64,000 nucleotides of DNA, taken from the NCBI GenBank assembly GCA_950097015.1, contig CATNEN010000007.1, positions 5,828,001 to 5,892,000 of the forward strand. The letters are read 5' to 3'. The notes under the pieces were generated by a model that was given only the letters and a program-made list of their open reading frames with translations, was not told the origin of the DNA and did no database searches. A program made the translations under genes and the position numbers. Shown piece by piece: positions 1-12,916 of this stretch; within the stretch, counting starts at the first letter, position 1, and each line of letters begins with the position of its first letter. Origin of the DNA: Macrostomum hystrix (Eukaryota > Animalia > Platyhelminthes).

Positions 1-616
1 AACAATTTTTCAATTTAGTTTCCTTATTAATTGACCGGTCGACACGCACTCAAATAGCATTCATTACTTATTCGCTGGGTCGATTGGGCAAAAGCCGCTA
101 TAAAATTGTGGCACCCAATGTGCTATTCTGTGTGCTTAGTTTCATTTGGGTGAAAATTTGAGCAAATTTGGCCCGTCTTGCTACCGCCCCCCCTGTTCAC
201 ACAGCGCCGCCGCGACAGAACTGCCAACATTTTCAAGTCATGTCAATTGAACAGCGGAGAACTGGTCAGGGCCAGACAGACAATAAGAATTCTATAAGTT
301 CTTCTATACGTCTCATAGCGAGATTTATAATAGATATTTGTGTGCTCTGCCGGCCCCTGCCAGAATGCGCTTCGCTCTGTTTGCTCTGGGGCTGGCTGCG
401 GCTTGGCGTCTGTTTTGATTCTCACACCTTCCAGGCGGCTCAACCGGGCCTTCAACAACTGTGAAAAATTGGAAAAGCCAACAAAGCCGCTCACTGCATG
501 TCTATCTGTGTTTCCCCGTCTCCTGCTCGCTGGCTTTGTAAATCTTTGACTCACTTCTCACACTTACTTGACATTTTCTTTTAATTACTATCACCGTCCG
601 ACCGTTCACGCACACC

Positions 617-1143
617 TCAGTGTCACCGTTCACCCACTCCTCAGTGTCACCGTTCACCCACTCCTCAGTGTCACCGTTCACCCACTCCTCAGTGTCACCG
701 TTCACCCACTCCTCACTGTCACCGTTCACCCACTCCTCACTGTCACCGTTCACCCACTCCTCAGTGTCACCGTTCACCCACTCAGTGTCACTCACACCCC
801 AGTATCACCGATCACCCACTCCTCAGTGTCACCGTTCACCCACTCCTCAGTGTCACCGTTCACCCACTCAGTGTCACTCACACCCCAGTATCACCGATCA
901 CCCACTCCTCAGTGTCACCGTTCACCCACTCCTCAGTGTCACCGTTCACCCACTCCTCAGTGTCACCGTTCACCCACTCCTCAGTATCACCGATCACCCA
1001 CTCTTCAGTGTCACCGTTCACCCACTCCTCAGTGTCACCGTTCACCCACTCCTCAGTGTCACCGTTCACCCACTCCTCAGTGTCACCGTTCACCCACTCA
1101 GTGTCACTCACACCCCAGTATCACCGATCACTCACTCCTCAGT
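617..1143. repeat. 24-bp minisatellite cagtgtcaccgttcacccactcct
   Basis: Visible periodicity; lies in the presumed tll intron 3. Confidence 0.95.
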
Positions 1144-2621
1144 GAATGACCAAAGCAGATTTGGCTAGAAAATAACAGGCGCATTGCAAAAAGTGGTCGG
1201 TCAGTCAGTTGAGGTTGGGGCAATCAGTTCATGATGAATCATTTTGTCTCAAAAAATTCTCGTTTCCTTGTCTTCTGACATTGTAAAGTTCGTCAGCAAA
1301 GCCTCACTGACTGTTTGCCTTCCACTGGTTCACAATGCCACTCGGGCGCCAACCTGTTTGGCACCGGTTCTCTATTGAAACTGCAAGACTGACTGCAGCG
1401 CTCTAAATATGGAAAGAAATCCTTGTCAAAATATCGCATTCAAAAACGGCTTCCATTTTTTTCGGTCTGAAGACCCGAGCCCGAGCAGACAGAAAAAGAA
1501 TAAGATCAGTTAGAATTAAAGAAAACAGAAAAAATGATAATAATAGCCAGTGTTTGAGAAGCAGACTAACTTGACTGACGGCCTGGGACACCCACTCCGC
1601 TTCCATTTCTGAGGCCGGGCTCGCTGACAGAGTCAACAACACATTTTCCACTATGCGCCGTTTTTTTCTTCAGAAAAAATGAATAAATGAGACGAGAGAC
1701 AAGCAGCGTGAGTCTTTTGAATTGAAAGCACACACCACAATGACCAGGCAGGCACAGAGCCACAGCCAAGCACAGTGTGAGAAAAGCCAAATGCAAAGTC
1801 AGCAGCAGAAGGCTGTGTCTGTGTCTGTGTCACGACTTGGCTACCTACCACTGATCATTCGTGCCCCCATGCAGCAAATTCTGCCAGCCAGCACACATCA
1901 CCTGTCAACCAGACCTGTCAAATAGCGATGATAAAATATAAAGAACAAAATCTGTCTATACTCAGAGAGAGAAGAGAAATATAGAGTCTTGAAGAAGTTA
2001 AAAAACAGCTTTGAGACCAGTGCTCGAGGCGTGCACTCAAAATGCGACTCCAACCCAGCCATCCGTCATTATTGTCTGCTTCTTCTTTGTCAGCAACCAG
2101 CAACAACAAGTGGCGGGGCACAAGCAGTGCTGGGGCCATGCAGGCCCACTTGAGAATCTATTTGACCAAGTTTTTTTCTTACAAATATTTGACTGCTTGT
2201 TGCTTCCCAACTGGGGGATCCTGGTCCCTCATCCTAGATCCCCTACATTTTTCTAAGCAAAAGTAAAGCGAGCAATGATTTATGCCTGAAGCACACTGCT
2301 CAAATCCCTGTGATGTGAGAACAAAGCGTAACAATAGTCGCTTAGCCAATCCACTTGGCATTCCGAAGCTGCTCCTATGCCTGCCACTTGTCAAATCTGA
2401 TCTCTTGCTTCCTCAGAGTAAACAAATATCCTTATAGTCTGCAGTTTAGTTGCCACTGACTTCTTGAATTAGATTCTGCTTCTGTCCCTTGTTCTCTAAA
2501 CTTGGTCTCCGAATGAAGTTCTGCATTTTAAGATTTATTTCTATTATTAATTCGCCGACTGGAGAGCATAGAGATTAAATCAGTTTTCTTGATTCATTGA
2601 TCAATCTTTGTTCAGACTCAC

Positions 2622-2776
2622 CGTCTTTGTTCATGCCAGCCTCCACGCACTTCTTCAGTCGGCAGGCGCGGCACTGGTTGCGGTGCGTCTTGTCGATGAC
2701 GCACTCGCCGTGGCCGCGCGATTTGCACACGTACTGCCTGTTGCGCCTGATCGACCTTTTAAAGAAGCCGGCGCAC
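2622..2776 (-). CDS. tll/NR2E1: tailless/TLX coding exon 3 (rest of P-box and zinc finger 2); hinge/LBD exons not found, presumably left of the window
   Basis: [51 protein letters not shown]; CDGCAG P-box typical of tailless/TLX; CAG/GTGAGT boundaries in phase. Confidence 0.95.
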
Positions 2777-2789
2777 CTGACGGAAGGGG

Positions 2790-3408
2790 GGGTGGATCGG
2801 ATTTGTATGTTATGAATGGGCGGATTTGTATGTTTTGAAGGGGCGGATTTGTATGTTTTGAAGGGGCGGATTTGTATGTTTTCAAGGGGCGGATTTGTAT
2901 TTTTTGATGGGGCGGATTTGTATGTTTTGATGGGGCGGATTTGTATGTTTTGATGGGGCGGATTCGCTGGATTTGCATATTGTAACAGGGGCGGATTTGC
3001 ACGTTGTAACAGGGGCGGATTCGCATATTGTAACAGGGCGGATTCGCAGATTGTAACAGGGGCGGATTCGCAGATTGTAACAGGGCGGATTTGCAGATTG
3101 TAACAGGGGCGGATTTTGCAGATTGTAACAGGGGCGGATTCGCAGATTGTAACAGGGGCGGATTCGCAGATTGTAACAGGGCGGATTTGCAGATTGTAAC
3201 AGGGGCGGATTTTGCAGATTGTAACAGGGGCGGATTTTGCAGATTGTAACAGGGGTGGATTTGCATATTGTAACAGGGGTGGATTTGCATATTGTAACAG
3301 GGGCGGATTCGCAGATTGTAACAGGGCGGATTTGCAGATTGTAACAGGGGCGGATTTTGCAGATTGTAACAGGGGCGGATTTTGCAGATTGTAACAGGGG
3401 CGGATTCG
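2790..3408. repeat. Two abutting 23-25-bp arrays sharing ggggcggatt (tll intron 2)
   Basis: ggggcggatttgtatgttttgaa followed by ggggcggattcgcagattgtaaca. Confidence 0.95.
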
Positions 3409-3443
3409 CCGATTGTTCCAGGGTAATATCTCTGTTTTCTCAC

Positions 3444-3525
3444 CCGTCGCAGGCGTAAATTCCGTAATGCTTGCCGCTGCTGTGGTCGCGGCAAACTCTG
3501 CAGGGCACGTCCATCAGGATGCGAC
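3444..3525 (-). CDS. tll/NR2E1: tailless/TLX coding exon 2 (zinc finger 1)
   Basis: [27 protein letters not shown]; CAG acceptor at 3528-3526, GTGAG donor at 3443-3439. Confidence 0.95.
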
Positions 3526-4189
3526 CTGGTGAAATGTAAAATTTGATTCAATTTAGTTCTGCATCAACACATGCTCTAGTGTTCCCAATAAAGTGAATCT
3601 GCATACCTGTGCTCTGGGACCTGTGCCCTAAAACCTGGCCGCATCATAAAAAGTCACATTGTAAAGGGAGGGGTGCTCAATTTGTGCTCAAACTGCCACC
3701 GACTTGCCTGATTCTCACACTGCGAACAAAATAGCTGCGGTCATATCAAACAGTCGGTCGCTGTGCATATGCAATGCGCATGTGCGGCTGTGTGTTGAAA
3801 AGAGTCAAAATGATTCTTTTACAGCCCCGAGTTAAAGTGTTACTGCCTCATAAACTATTTTGTAGCCTTAATTGTTTGCCACTGCTTATTTTATAGAATT
3901 GTCTATTCCAAAGTCTTTTAATGTTTTTAGTGCTGGACTGTCTCTGGGGGGGTTTAAAGGGTGACTTCAGTGTCAGCTTCGCACCTACACCTGCTTCGGT
4001 GTTTGACAAAAAGAAGGCATTGTTAAAAAGCTTCTCAAGCCCTTAAAAACAATTACAACTTGTGGCAGCTTTGTCATGGCGTGTTGTGAGAACAGACAAA
4101 TTCTTTGCAGCAATAAAACTGAGTTGCAATAAAATGCAACGATCTCACAGTCCGGCAGGAAATGAGGAAATGATAGTGTTTAGACTCAC

Positions 4190-4325
4190 TTGAAGGCGTC
4201 ACAGAAGTTGGCGAGCCGTGTCGCTGCTGCTGATGATGGTGATGGTGGTGGTGGTGGTGATGATCGCCAGAAGCCTTGCCCGAAGGCGACGAGTTGGTTG
4301 GTGTCAGCGAGCTGATGGAAGTCAT
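4190..4325 (-). CDS. tll/NR2E1: tailless/TLX nuclear receptor, coding exon 1 (His10 tract)
   Basis: ATG at 4325, MTSISS...GDHHHHHHHHHHQQQRHGSPTSVTPS; GTGAGT donor at 4189-4184; 136 nt, phase 1 joins exon 2 to give S-RIL as in Tailless. Confidence 0.8.
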
Positions 4326-4399
4326 GTCCGGCTGTCAGAGTGGCTTGGAACTCAAAATTGCTGCTTTCGCCTCCTCGTCTCCGGGTCAGCTGGAGCCCA

Positions 4400-4960
4400 G
4401 ATTTTAATTGACACGGCAGAGGCTCTGGGGTGGGGGCCGGCCCCATTATGGGCCCTCCAAACACCGGGGGGAGGGTTCGGGACCCCAGTGACAGTGAATG
4501 GAGCGTCATTGGCTGCAGGCTGACCAATCGGCTTTGAGTTGGTTTCTCTCTCGTAGCTGGACCCACTGGCGAGTGCGACTGTGTGCTAATGGCAGAGAGT
4601 GACGGGGCGGAGGGTGGGCGTTCGCTTTAATTAACAAAACTTTTTACAATAAAACATTCAAAGGCGAGGCTGAACTGGGGGAGGGAGGGGAGACAAAACT
4701 TTCGCTCGCTCGCCCTCTCCTCATTGGCTTGCGCAACCTCGGGCAGGGATTTTTTCCCCCACTTTTCCCCAAAAACATCGAAAAATTTGCCGCATCAACA
4801 ATTAGGCCCGCTTGGCCCCGAGGCGATGGGAATCGCACAGATGGGAGTGCGAGAGAGTCTGGGAGGGGTGACAAACAAAGGGGTCGCGCCGCTTATTGTT
4901 ATTATTGTTATAGCTGACCAACTAGTAGCTGGGCGACTGGGGGATAAATGAGGAAAGTTT
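4400..4960 (-). promoter_or_regulatory. probable tll 5'UTR/proximal promoter
   Basis: GC-richer non-repetitive block upstream of the ATG with CCAAT/ATTGG boxes (~4508, 4524, 4723) and GGGGCGG (~4604); inferred only. Confidence 0.35.
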
Positions 4961-5130
4961 GTTAGGCTGAATCCAGTCACTCGAGATCCTCTTGGATGAG
5001 GGGCGGCGGACACCCGCAGGCGCACCGTCGAGCACTTGAACCGCCGCAGCAGCAGCCTCTAGGGGCAGTTTTTACCGTGTTGCTAGGGGAGTCCCAGTTA
5101 ACAACAAGACTGGAGTGCTGCATCTTTGTT

Positions 5131-5538
5131 CCAATCTCACCTTATCCCAATCTCACCTTATCCGAATCTCACCTTATCCGAATCTCCCCTTATCCCAATC
5201 TCACCTTATCCCAATCTCACCTTATCCGAATCTCACCTTATCCGAATCTCACCTTATCCCAATCTCACCTTATCCCAATCTCACCTTATCCCAATCTCAC
5301 CTTATCCCAATCTCACCTTATCCCAATCTCACCTTATCCCAATCTCACCTTATCCCAATCTCACCTTATCCCAATCTCACCTTATCCCAATCTCACCTTA
5401 TCCCAATCTCACCTTATCCCAATCTCACCTTATCCCAATCTCACCTTATCCCAATCTCACCTTATCCCAATCTCACCTTATCCCAATCTCACCTTATCCC
5501 AATCTCACCTTATCCCAATCTCACCTTATTTCACCTTA
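5131..5538. repeat. 16-bp minisatellite aatctcaccttatccc
   Basis: Near-perfect tandem copies. Confidence 0.95.
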
Positions 5539-6447
5539 ATTCGAGTTTTTGGTCCTTGAAAGGATGGCCACTTTAAAAAAGCGGAATTGTTACCCTGATT
5601 GCCTCTCATTAACTCGCCAAGAATACCTTTCACTTCCCATTGTGTTTAACGGGCAAAAAAGTGGACCCAATACACAGAACCGGATGAAGAGCAAATAAAC
5701 AAACGGAAACTGCGGACAAAAGCGCTGCTGAAGCTTGTAATTTCTGTTACGTCACAATTGGTAGATAATTTTCAGCGCCCAGCAACCGCATGGCAACAGC
5801 TCTTAATTATGACATCCGCAGGCAGGCCATATTTCTCAGCATGCAGGCAATTGAGCTAACAGAACAGCGAGCCGGCTTTCATTTGCGCTGACGCAACGCC
5901 GCGTTCTGCGAGGCTGTGTCAACAGCTGTCAATCATAAATTCATGCGCCAGCCACAACCCAGGGCCTAGCCAACAGAGGCCAACTGCAGAGGCAAAGCTG
6001 AATTCACACCATTTCATGTTCAACGGTATTGTCTATGGCCCAGATCGCGTGTTCCGTCGCGTGGTCCTATTTTTGACACCTCTCCCTCCGTGTCTCACTC
6101 ACAGAGACTGATAAGGATCCTCATGCCATTTTCAAAAGGTTCAAACGGCAGTTGATCCCATAAATTATCTTTTTGTGGGAGATATGAAGTGAAAGGGCCA
6201 GAGAAACAGTCCGTGATGCCCCGCTTGCCTGTCATTTAATGCTTATGGGAAAAGGAAGATATCATAAATTCCCAAAATATAGAAACTTAATTAACAGGTC
6301 TGATGCAGTTTAAGCAAAAATTCAAATAGAACAAACTAAATATTGTCCCGAATTGTCCAAAATCACAGTTAAGCACATAAAAGAACTGATTCTATACATG
6401 GATCTTTGTAAGGATATCAAAATACTTAGCCCAGAATATAAATCCCA

Positions 6448-7362
6448 AAATACAGATCACATTCAGCTCCCATAGTACAGATCATATTCAGATCCCATAG
6501 TACAGATCGCATTCAGATCCCACAGTACAGATCACATTCAGATCCCATATTACAGATGATATTCACATCCCATAGTACAGATCGCATTTAGATCCCATAG
6601 TACAGATCACATTCAGATCCCATAGTACAGATCGCATTCAGATCCCATAGTTCAGATCGCATTCAGATCCCATAGTACAGATCGCATTCAGATCCCATAG
6701 TACAGATCGCATTCAGATCCCATAGTACAGGTGATATTCAGATCCCATAGTACTGATCGCATTCAGATCCCATAGTACAGATCGCATTCAGATCCCATAG
6801 TACAGATCGCATTCAGATCCCATAGTACTGATCGCATTCAGATCCCATAGTACAGATCGCATTCAGATCCCATAGTACAGATCGCATTCAGATCCCATAG
6901 TACAGGTGATATTCAGATCCCATAGTACAGATCGTATTCAGATCCCATAGTACAGGTGATATTCAGATCCCATAGTACAGATCGCATTAAGATCCCATAG
7001 TACAGATCACATTCAGATCCCATAGTACAGGTGATATTCAGATCCCATAGTTCAGATCGCATTCAGATCCCATAGTACAGATCGCATTCAGATCCCATAG
7101 TACAGGTGATATTCAGATCCCATAGTACAGGTGATATTCAGATCCCATAGTACAGGTGATATTCAGATCCCATAGTACAGATCGCATTAAGATCCCATAG
7201 TACAGGTGATATTCAGATCCCATAGTACAGGTGATATTCAGATCCCATAGTACAGATCGCATTAAGATCCCACAGTACAGATCACATTCAGATCCCATAG
7301 TACAGGTGATATTCAGATCCCATAGTACAGATCGCATTAAGATCCCACAGTACAGATCACAT
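6448..7362. repeat. 25-bp minisatellite tacagatcgcattcagatcccatag
   Basis: Tandem copies with atcgc/gtgat variants. Confidence 0.95.
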
Positions 7363-8461
7363 TTAAAACCCAAAAGCAAAGCAAAAAACTGGGAAAATAT
7401 TAAGGGCAATCTTTCTTTCCTGGACCAGCAGAAATCTGTTTTCACAATCCGCAATTTTGGAGAAAGAAAACAATTGAAAAAGTCGGATCCAGTTGACACG
7501 CAGCAAACCTGTCATTCCATGCTGACATGGATTCAATACCTGTCTAATCTCAATCCCAAACCCACAGGTTGGATTGATTGGCTGCTTTTTGTTACCTGCG
7601 CTCGATTATAGACTCTTTTATTCCGTTTGAAAAAGAAAACGATGAAGAGGATTTTTCCCCTTCTAAAAACTGATGATAAATAAATATGGGCTTATTTAGA
7701 CGCTGCTCCACTGAGCACGGGCAGCTCAACTGTGGCAAATTCCTGCTCGGCAACTCGACGCCCCCGCCACAACCCGATGAGCAGGATTTGTTTACACAAC
7801 TGGTAAAACAGGGGCGCTGGCCCAGAATTATCCTTGCCAGTTTTTTCCTCACCTTGCAGTGTGTGTGTGGTCCCTCCAACTCGAACGGGCGATCGCTGCC
7901 GCTCATTCTTGGAAAATGAGTTGTTGGTCTTTGTGAATTTTATCATAACTCTGACATTAGTGGGCCTCGCTTTGGACTCTTTGTGTGGTCTGGCACGGCT
8001 CACGTGTGAGAAGTTAATGCGATTGCGCAAAACCTGCGGGCAGGCCCGCTCCTTGTCCACACAGAGACAGGCGAGGAAGCGTGCGAGCCGGACCCTCCCC
8101 TACCATGGCCTTGGGGATCCGGGCTGGAGTTGATGAAGTTAAGGAGATTCAGGCAAAAGATTAAATGGACTGCACTCAGCGAGAGTGGGCGCATCAAATG
8201 CGCAACCCCTGAGGTGGTCTTTGTTTTCCAGCTTTGTTGCCTTGAGCACAATTTGAGCTGGCTGGCAACAGTTGTTGGCGAGTATCAGAAGTTGAGGAAA
8301 AAATTGGGATTCTTACTACGAAAAATGGCGATTCAGGAGGTCAGGCTGATAAGATGGCGAAAAAAGGACAGAATAAGAAGATACGGGAGAACAAAATTGG
8401 AAAACAATAACTTGGGGGTGAGATCAAGGTGGAAAGAGCGAAAAGGAAATTAAGATGGGAA

Positions 8462-9390
8462 AACAGGAGGAGGAGAACAAGACGGAGAGAACAAGAGGAG
8501 GAGAACAAGAGGAGGAGAACAGGAGGAGGAGAACGAGAGGAGGAGAACAAGAGGAGGAGAACAAGAGGAGGAGAACAAGAGGAGGAGAACAGGAGGAGGA
8601 GAACGAGAGGAGGAGAACAAGAGGAGGAGAACAAGAGGAGGAGAACAAGAGGAGGAGAAAAGGAGGAGGAGAACGAGAGGAGGAGAACAGGAGGAGGAGA
8701 ACAGGAGGAGGAGAACGAGAGGAGGAGAACAAGAGGGGATAACAAGACCGAGAGAACAGGAGGAGGAGAACGAGAGGAGGAGAACAGGAGGAGAACAAGA
8801 GGAGGAGAACAAGAGGAGGAGAACAAGAGGAGGAGAACAAGAGGAGGAGAACAGGAGGAGGAGAACGAGAGGAGGAGAACAAGAGGAGGAGAACAAGAGG
8901 AGGAGAACAAGAGGAGGAGAACAGGAGGAGGAGAACGAGAGGAGGAGAACAAGAGGAGGAGAACAAGAGGAGGAGAACAAGAGGAGGAGAACAGGAGGAG
9001 GAGAACAGGAGGAGGAGAACAGGAGGAGGAGAACGAGAGGAGGAGAACAGGAGGAGGAGAACAGGAGGAGGAGAACGAGAGGAGGAGAACAGGAGGAGGA
9101 GAACGAGAGGAGGAGAACAAGAGGGGAGAACAAGACCGAGAGAACAGGAGGAGGAGAACGAGAGGAGGAGAACAGGAGGAGAACAAGAGGAGGAGAACAA
9201 GAGGAGGAGAACAGGAGGAGGAGAACAAGACGGAGAGAACAAGAGGAGAGAACAAGAAGGAGAGAGAGAACAAGAGGAGGAGAACGAGAGGATCAGGACA
9301 AGAAGATGAGAAAAAAGACGGAGAGAACAAGAGGTGGGAGAACGTGACGGAGAGAACAGAAGGGGGAGAACAAGGGGGGAGAACAAGAGG
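8462..9390. repeat. Polypurine array, ~14-bp gaggaggagaacaa-type units
   Basis: GGA/GAAC mosaic. Confidence 0.95.
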
Positions 9391-10741
9391 GGGAGACTTT
9401 TATTTTTTACCATGAAGTCCGGACTTTCGTTTAGTTGTTTCTCAGATTAAAAAAAAATTTGGAATAAAAATTTTTGGTTTCCTCTTTTCATTGAGAATAA
9501 AAAGTCTATAAATGATTCCAATGAAGAAACATAATAGTCAGATATGAGCCAGACACATTGTCGTATTAACGCATGCAGTTTACAATGCGCATGGGGTATT
9601 GGCGATAAGCACGCACCTGCATGGCTGATTGCTTTGTAGCACGAAATTTAAAATAATACATAAAAGGTAAGAATTGTGGCACAATGAGATTTCACTCTCA
9701 TTAACATTGGCCCTGAACTATCCCACCCATTTCGCGTGTCCGTGTGTGTATATAATTATCAGAAGCCATTGTGGCAAGGACCCACGCGCCAATAACATCC
9801 TCTGCTCATAATATTAAGCCATCCCAATGCATCGGCTTCCATGCCCTGTGGGGATAAGTGGGGAGCAATCCCTCTGAGGGGTTGGCGGGAGCGCGCAGCG
9901 AAAGGATGGGAAAAATGGGAGAATGCGAGCAAAAGGTTATAATAATTGCTGCTTGACTGGGATTTGAGCACAGCGGGATGCGGCGCGGGAGTTGCTTCGC
10001 CGTGTGATGCGAGCCGGGAGGGCGGGGCTGAGTTTGTGTTCCCTAAAAGCTGTTCGCCCAACCCCCCCGCTCCCCAGCTTGGCAACTAAAAAGTTGCACG
10101 GAGTAGCGAGTCGAGTGGGGCACGAGTCCATTATAATGACTCGCCCTCGTGACAATCGCAGCTGAATTGAAGGCCGGCGATTCAATCACGGCTCGCGAAC
10201 AGCTCGGCGAGTAGGGGGGAAGGGACAAAAATAAATGGTCGACCCAACTTTATTGGGCGGGGTGTCCCGCAGAGAGTGATAACTCAGGACGGGTTGACTG
10301 ACCTTAGAGATTTATTGCGCATATCCGGAAGGCGATAAATGACTGTCAAATACTGCTTCTTGCATTGATTTTTTTTCTATGGTAGTAATCCAATTAAATA
10401 AATTAAAAAAGTAATTTTTCAATAAATTGGGCACTGATTGTAATTGTAAATATCTGCGGATAATTTGATAATAGGCGCACTATTGTTCGTCTTTTTAAAT
10501 AGGCAATAATTTATTTTTTGGGCCAGTCAAAAGTTACTTTTAGCATAGCAACCACAATTTGTGTACTTCCGAATACCGGACATAATCGTGTTGCTAGACA
10601 AGTGGAAAAGGGGAATGTCCATTCAATACAATCGAGGATAATAGAGGCTGGAGGGAATCAAGGATAGCTAATGTGAGGCAGGAAGAGGAGGAAAGAGGGG
10701 AGAGAAGGGAGAGATTGCGGGGATAGAAGGGAGAAAAAAGG

Positions 10742-11037
10742 GGAGAGAAGGGAGGAAGACAGAGGGGAGGGAAGAGAGAGAAGGGAGGAAGACAGAGGGG
10801 AGGGAAGAGAGAGAAGGGAGGAAGACAGAGGGGAGGGAAGAGAGAGAAGGGAGGAAGACAGAGGGGAGGGAAGAGAGAGAAGGGAGGAAGACAGAGGGGA
10901 GGGAAGAGAGAGAAGGGAGGAAGACAGAGGGGAGGGAAGAGAGAGAAGGGAGGATGACAGAGGGGAGGGAAGAGAGAGAAGGGAGGAAGACAGAGGGGAG
11001 GGAAGAGAGAGAAGGGAGGAAGACAGAGGGGAGGGAA
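10742..11037. repeat. 33-bp polypurine minisatellite
   Basis: gagagaagggaggaagacagaggggagggaaga. Confidence 0.95.
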
Positions 11038-11357
11038 GCACCCAGTCAGTTCCTGTCAGCATTCAGTCAGTTCCTGTCAGCACCAAATTAGTTCCTGTCA
11101 GCACCCAGTCAGTTCCTGTCAGCACCCAGTCAATTCCTGTCAGCATTCTGACAGCATTCTGTCAGCATTCTGTCAGTACCCAGTCAGTTCCTGTCAGCAT
11201 TCTGTCAGCACCAAGTCAGTTCCTGTCAGCACCAATCAGTTCCTTTCAGAACCCAATCGGTTCCTGTCTGCACCCAGTCAGTTCCTGTCAGCACCAATCA
11301 GTTCCTTTCAGCACCCAATCGGTTCCTGTCAGTACCCAGTCAGCTCCTGTCAGCATC
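11038..11357. repeat. ~21-bp array cagtcagttcctgtcagcacc
   Basis: Directly abuts the 33-bp array. Confidence 0.9.
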
Positions 11358-12480
11358 CCGGATTTTCATGTGGTTTATTTGAAGATTTTCCGTTCAGCTC
11401 CTAGTCAAGGAACGGAACAGCCGAATTTCATCTGACAGTTAACAATATATTCACCTAAGTGACGCATTCAAGTGTGAAAAAATGGAGGATAAAAGGCATA
11501 AAGAATTGTCTGTCGATTTGTCGTAGCAGCTGGTCGAGACGTGCTCTGACCAACTGTCTATGGCCAAAAGCGGGCGAGGTTCCGGAGGTCGAAGGTTGCA
11601 ACGGCGGTGGCGCAATCCCATTCCCAATCGATGCAGGGGATCTGGGATCTGAGAGGATCTGGGCACAGAGGGGAAAAGGCAGCCCGAGGGGCCATCCGTG
11701 CCGGTCGCTAAGGCGGCCGAGGCTTTTTTTCAGACCCCGATTTGTGTTTCAGCCGTTGGCTCTTCATTTTTAAGCTTTAGCCCGCAGCGACATGCAGGGC
11801 CCAGCTTTTTTATGTCAATTGTCAAGTGGAGTGGCCCGGACCAGCTCGGAGCCGCAACAAGCGGGAGGGCGGCTGCCACTTAGCGGACTAGATGAACATT
11901 CACAGATTGCGAGTGTGTGGCTGTTGTCTGAGCACAAAGGCAACCTAGGTGTATATTTATTATGTTGCTTGGGACCCATTTGACATCCACACTGATCCCA
12001 TCCGTTTCGCCTTCGGGGCAAAATGGGTTAAAAGGATAGAGGCAGCTAATCGGATGTCACTATAGGATTGAGATGAATAGGGCAACACATGGCTGTCCGC
12101 CATTCGACAAACAGAAATTGTTATCTTTTGTGTCTTGTGATCTGACGAGTTTATAAAAAGGATCATTGTGTCTGGATGATTGACATCATTGCATTAATTG
12201 ACAATGATCATTTAGAGGCTTACGCATCCTTTGTCAAATACGGTTGTAATTTTTTAAATGCTTCAATAGCTATCAATATCATAATTGAAATTGGTCCCAT
12301 TGATTTGGATACTTCTAATAACACTACAATATATTTGAATTGTAGCATCCAGGTCTAAAAGACATCAGCAATCGGTAGAAAATTACATTATATGCTATGC
12401 ATAATAAAGTACAGCCAGTTCAAGGGAAACCAGAACAAAATTAGGAATAAATCCGATCCCACGACTCTCCTTTATTCGAA

Positions 12481-12551
12481 GCATCGGTGGTTCAGTGGTA
12501 GAATGCTCGCCTGCCACGCGGGCGGCCCGGGTTCGATTCCCGGCCGATGCA
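12481..12551 (+). tRNA. tRNA-Gly(GCC)
   Basis: 71-nt canonical eukaryotic sequence GCATCGGTGGTTCAGTGGTAGAATGCTCGCCTGCCACGCGGGCGGCCCGGGTTCGATTCCCGGCCGATGCA; acceptor stem GCATCGG/CCGATGC. Confidence 0.98.
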
Positions 12552-12553
12552 AC

Positions 12554-12558
12554 TTTTT
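12554..12558 (+). terminator. Pol III terminator (T5) of tRNA-Gly
   Basis: TTTTT 2 nt after the discriminator base. Confidence 0.8.
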
Positions 12559-12728
12559 GGCCTAGAAGAATAGTGAGTGACTTGACTTTAGTTATATCAT
12601 AAATTGATATAATTGCACTTAATAATATTTATAAAGTTTTTAGATTTGCTTTCAGATACTACTTTCTTTGTTTCTAATCAATATAATTTTTTTATTAATT
12701 CCTTCTTAGTTTTCTACCTAGTAATAGG

Positions 12729-12916
12729 CATAGAACTTATATTCCCTAGAATAGCCACTCATCGACCGCAGTGATGTCCATAGAGCCTTCGTATTTCTTG
12801 ATTTTTTGCGACCGTATTTGGTCAGTAGCTTGTGCGCATATGAATGGATTTGTGTGGTCGCTCTTTTCTTATTGAATGCATTCAGAGTGGCCTAACTAGG
12901 GAATAGAATATCTATG
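12729..12916. mobile_element. 188-bp hAT-type MITE
   Basis: Imperfect ~33-bp TIRs (catagaacttatattccctagaatagccactc / gagtggcctaactagggaatagaatatctatg); perfect 8-bp TSD gtaatagg at 12721-12728 and 12917-12924. Confidence 0.85.

Noticed and set aside
1-2615. tll hinge/LBD exons
   Set aside because: The expected AVQ(H/N)ERGPR continuation was not found on the minus strand in this interval
8341-9415. Glu/Arg-rich and Leu/Ser-rich long ORFs
   Set aside because: Polypurine repeat lacking T on one strand, so stops are absent by composition
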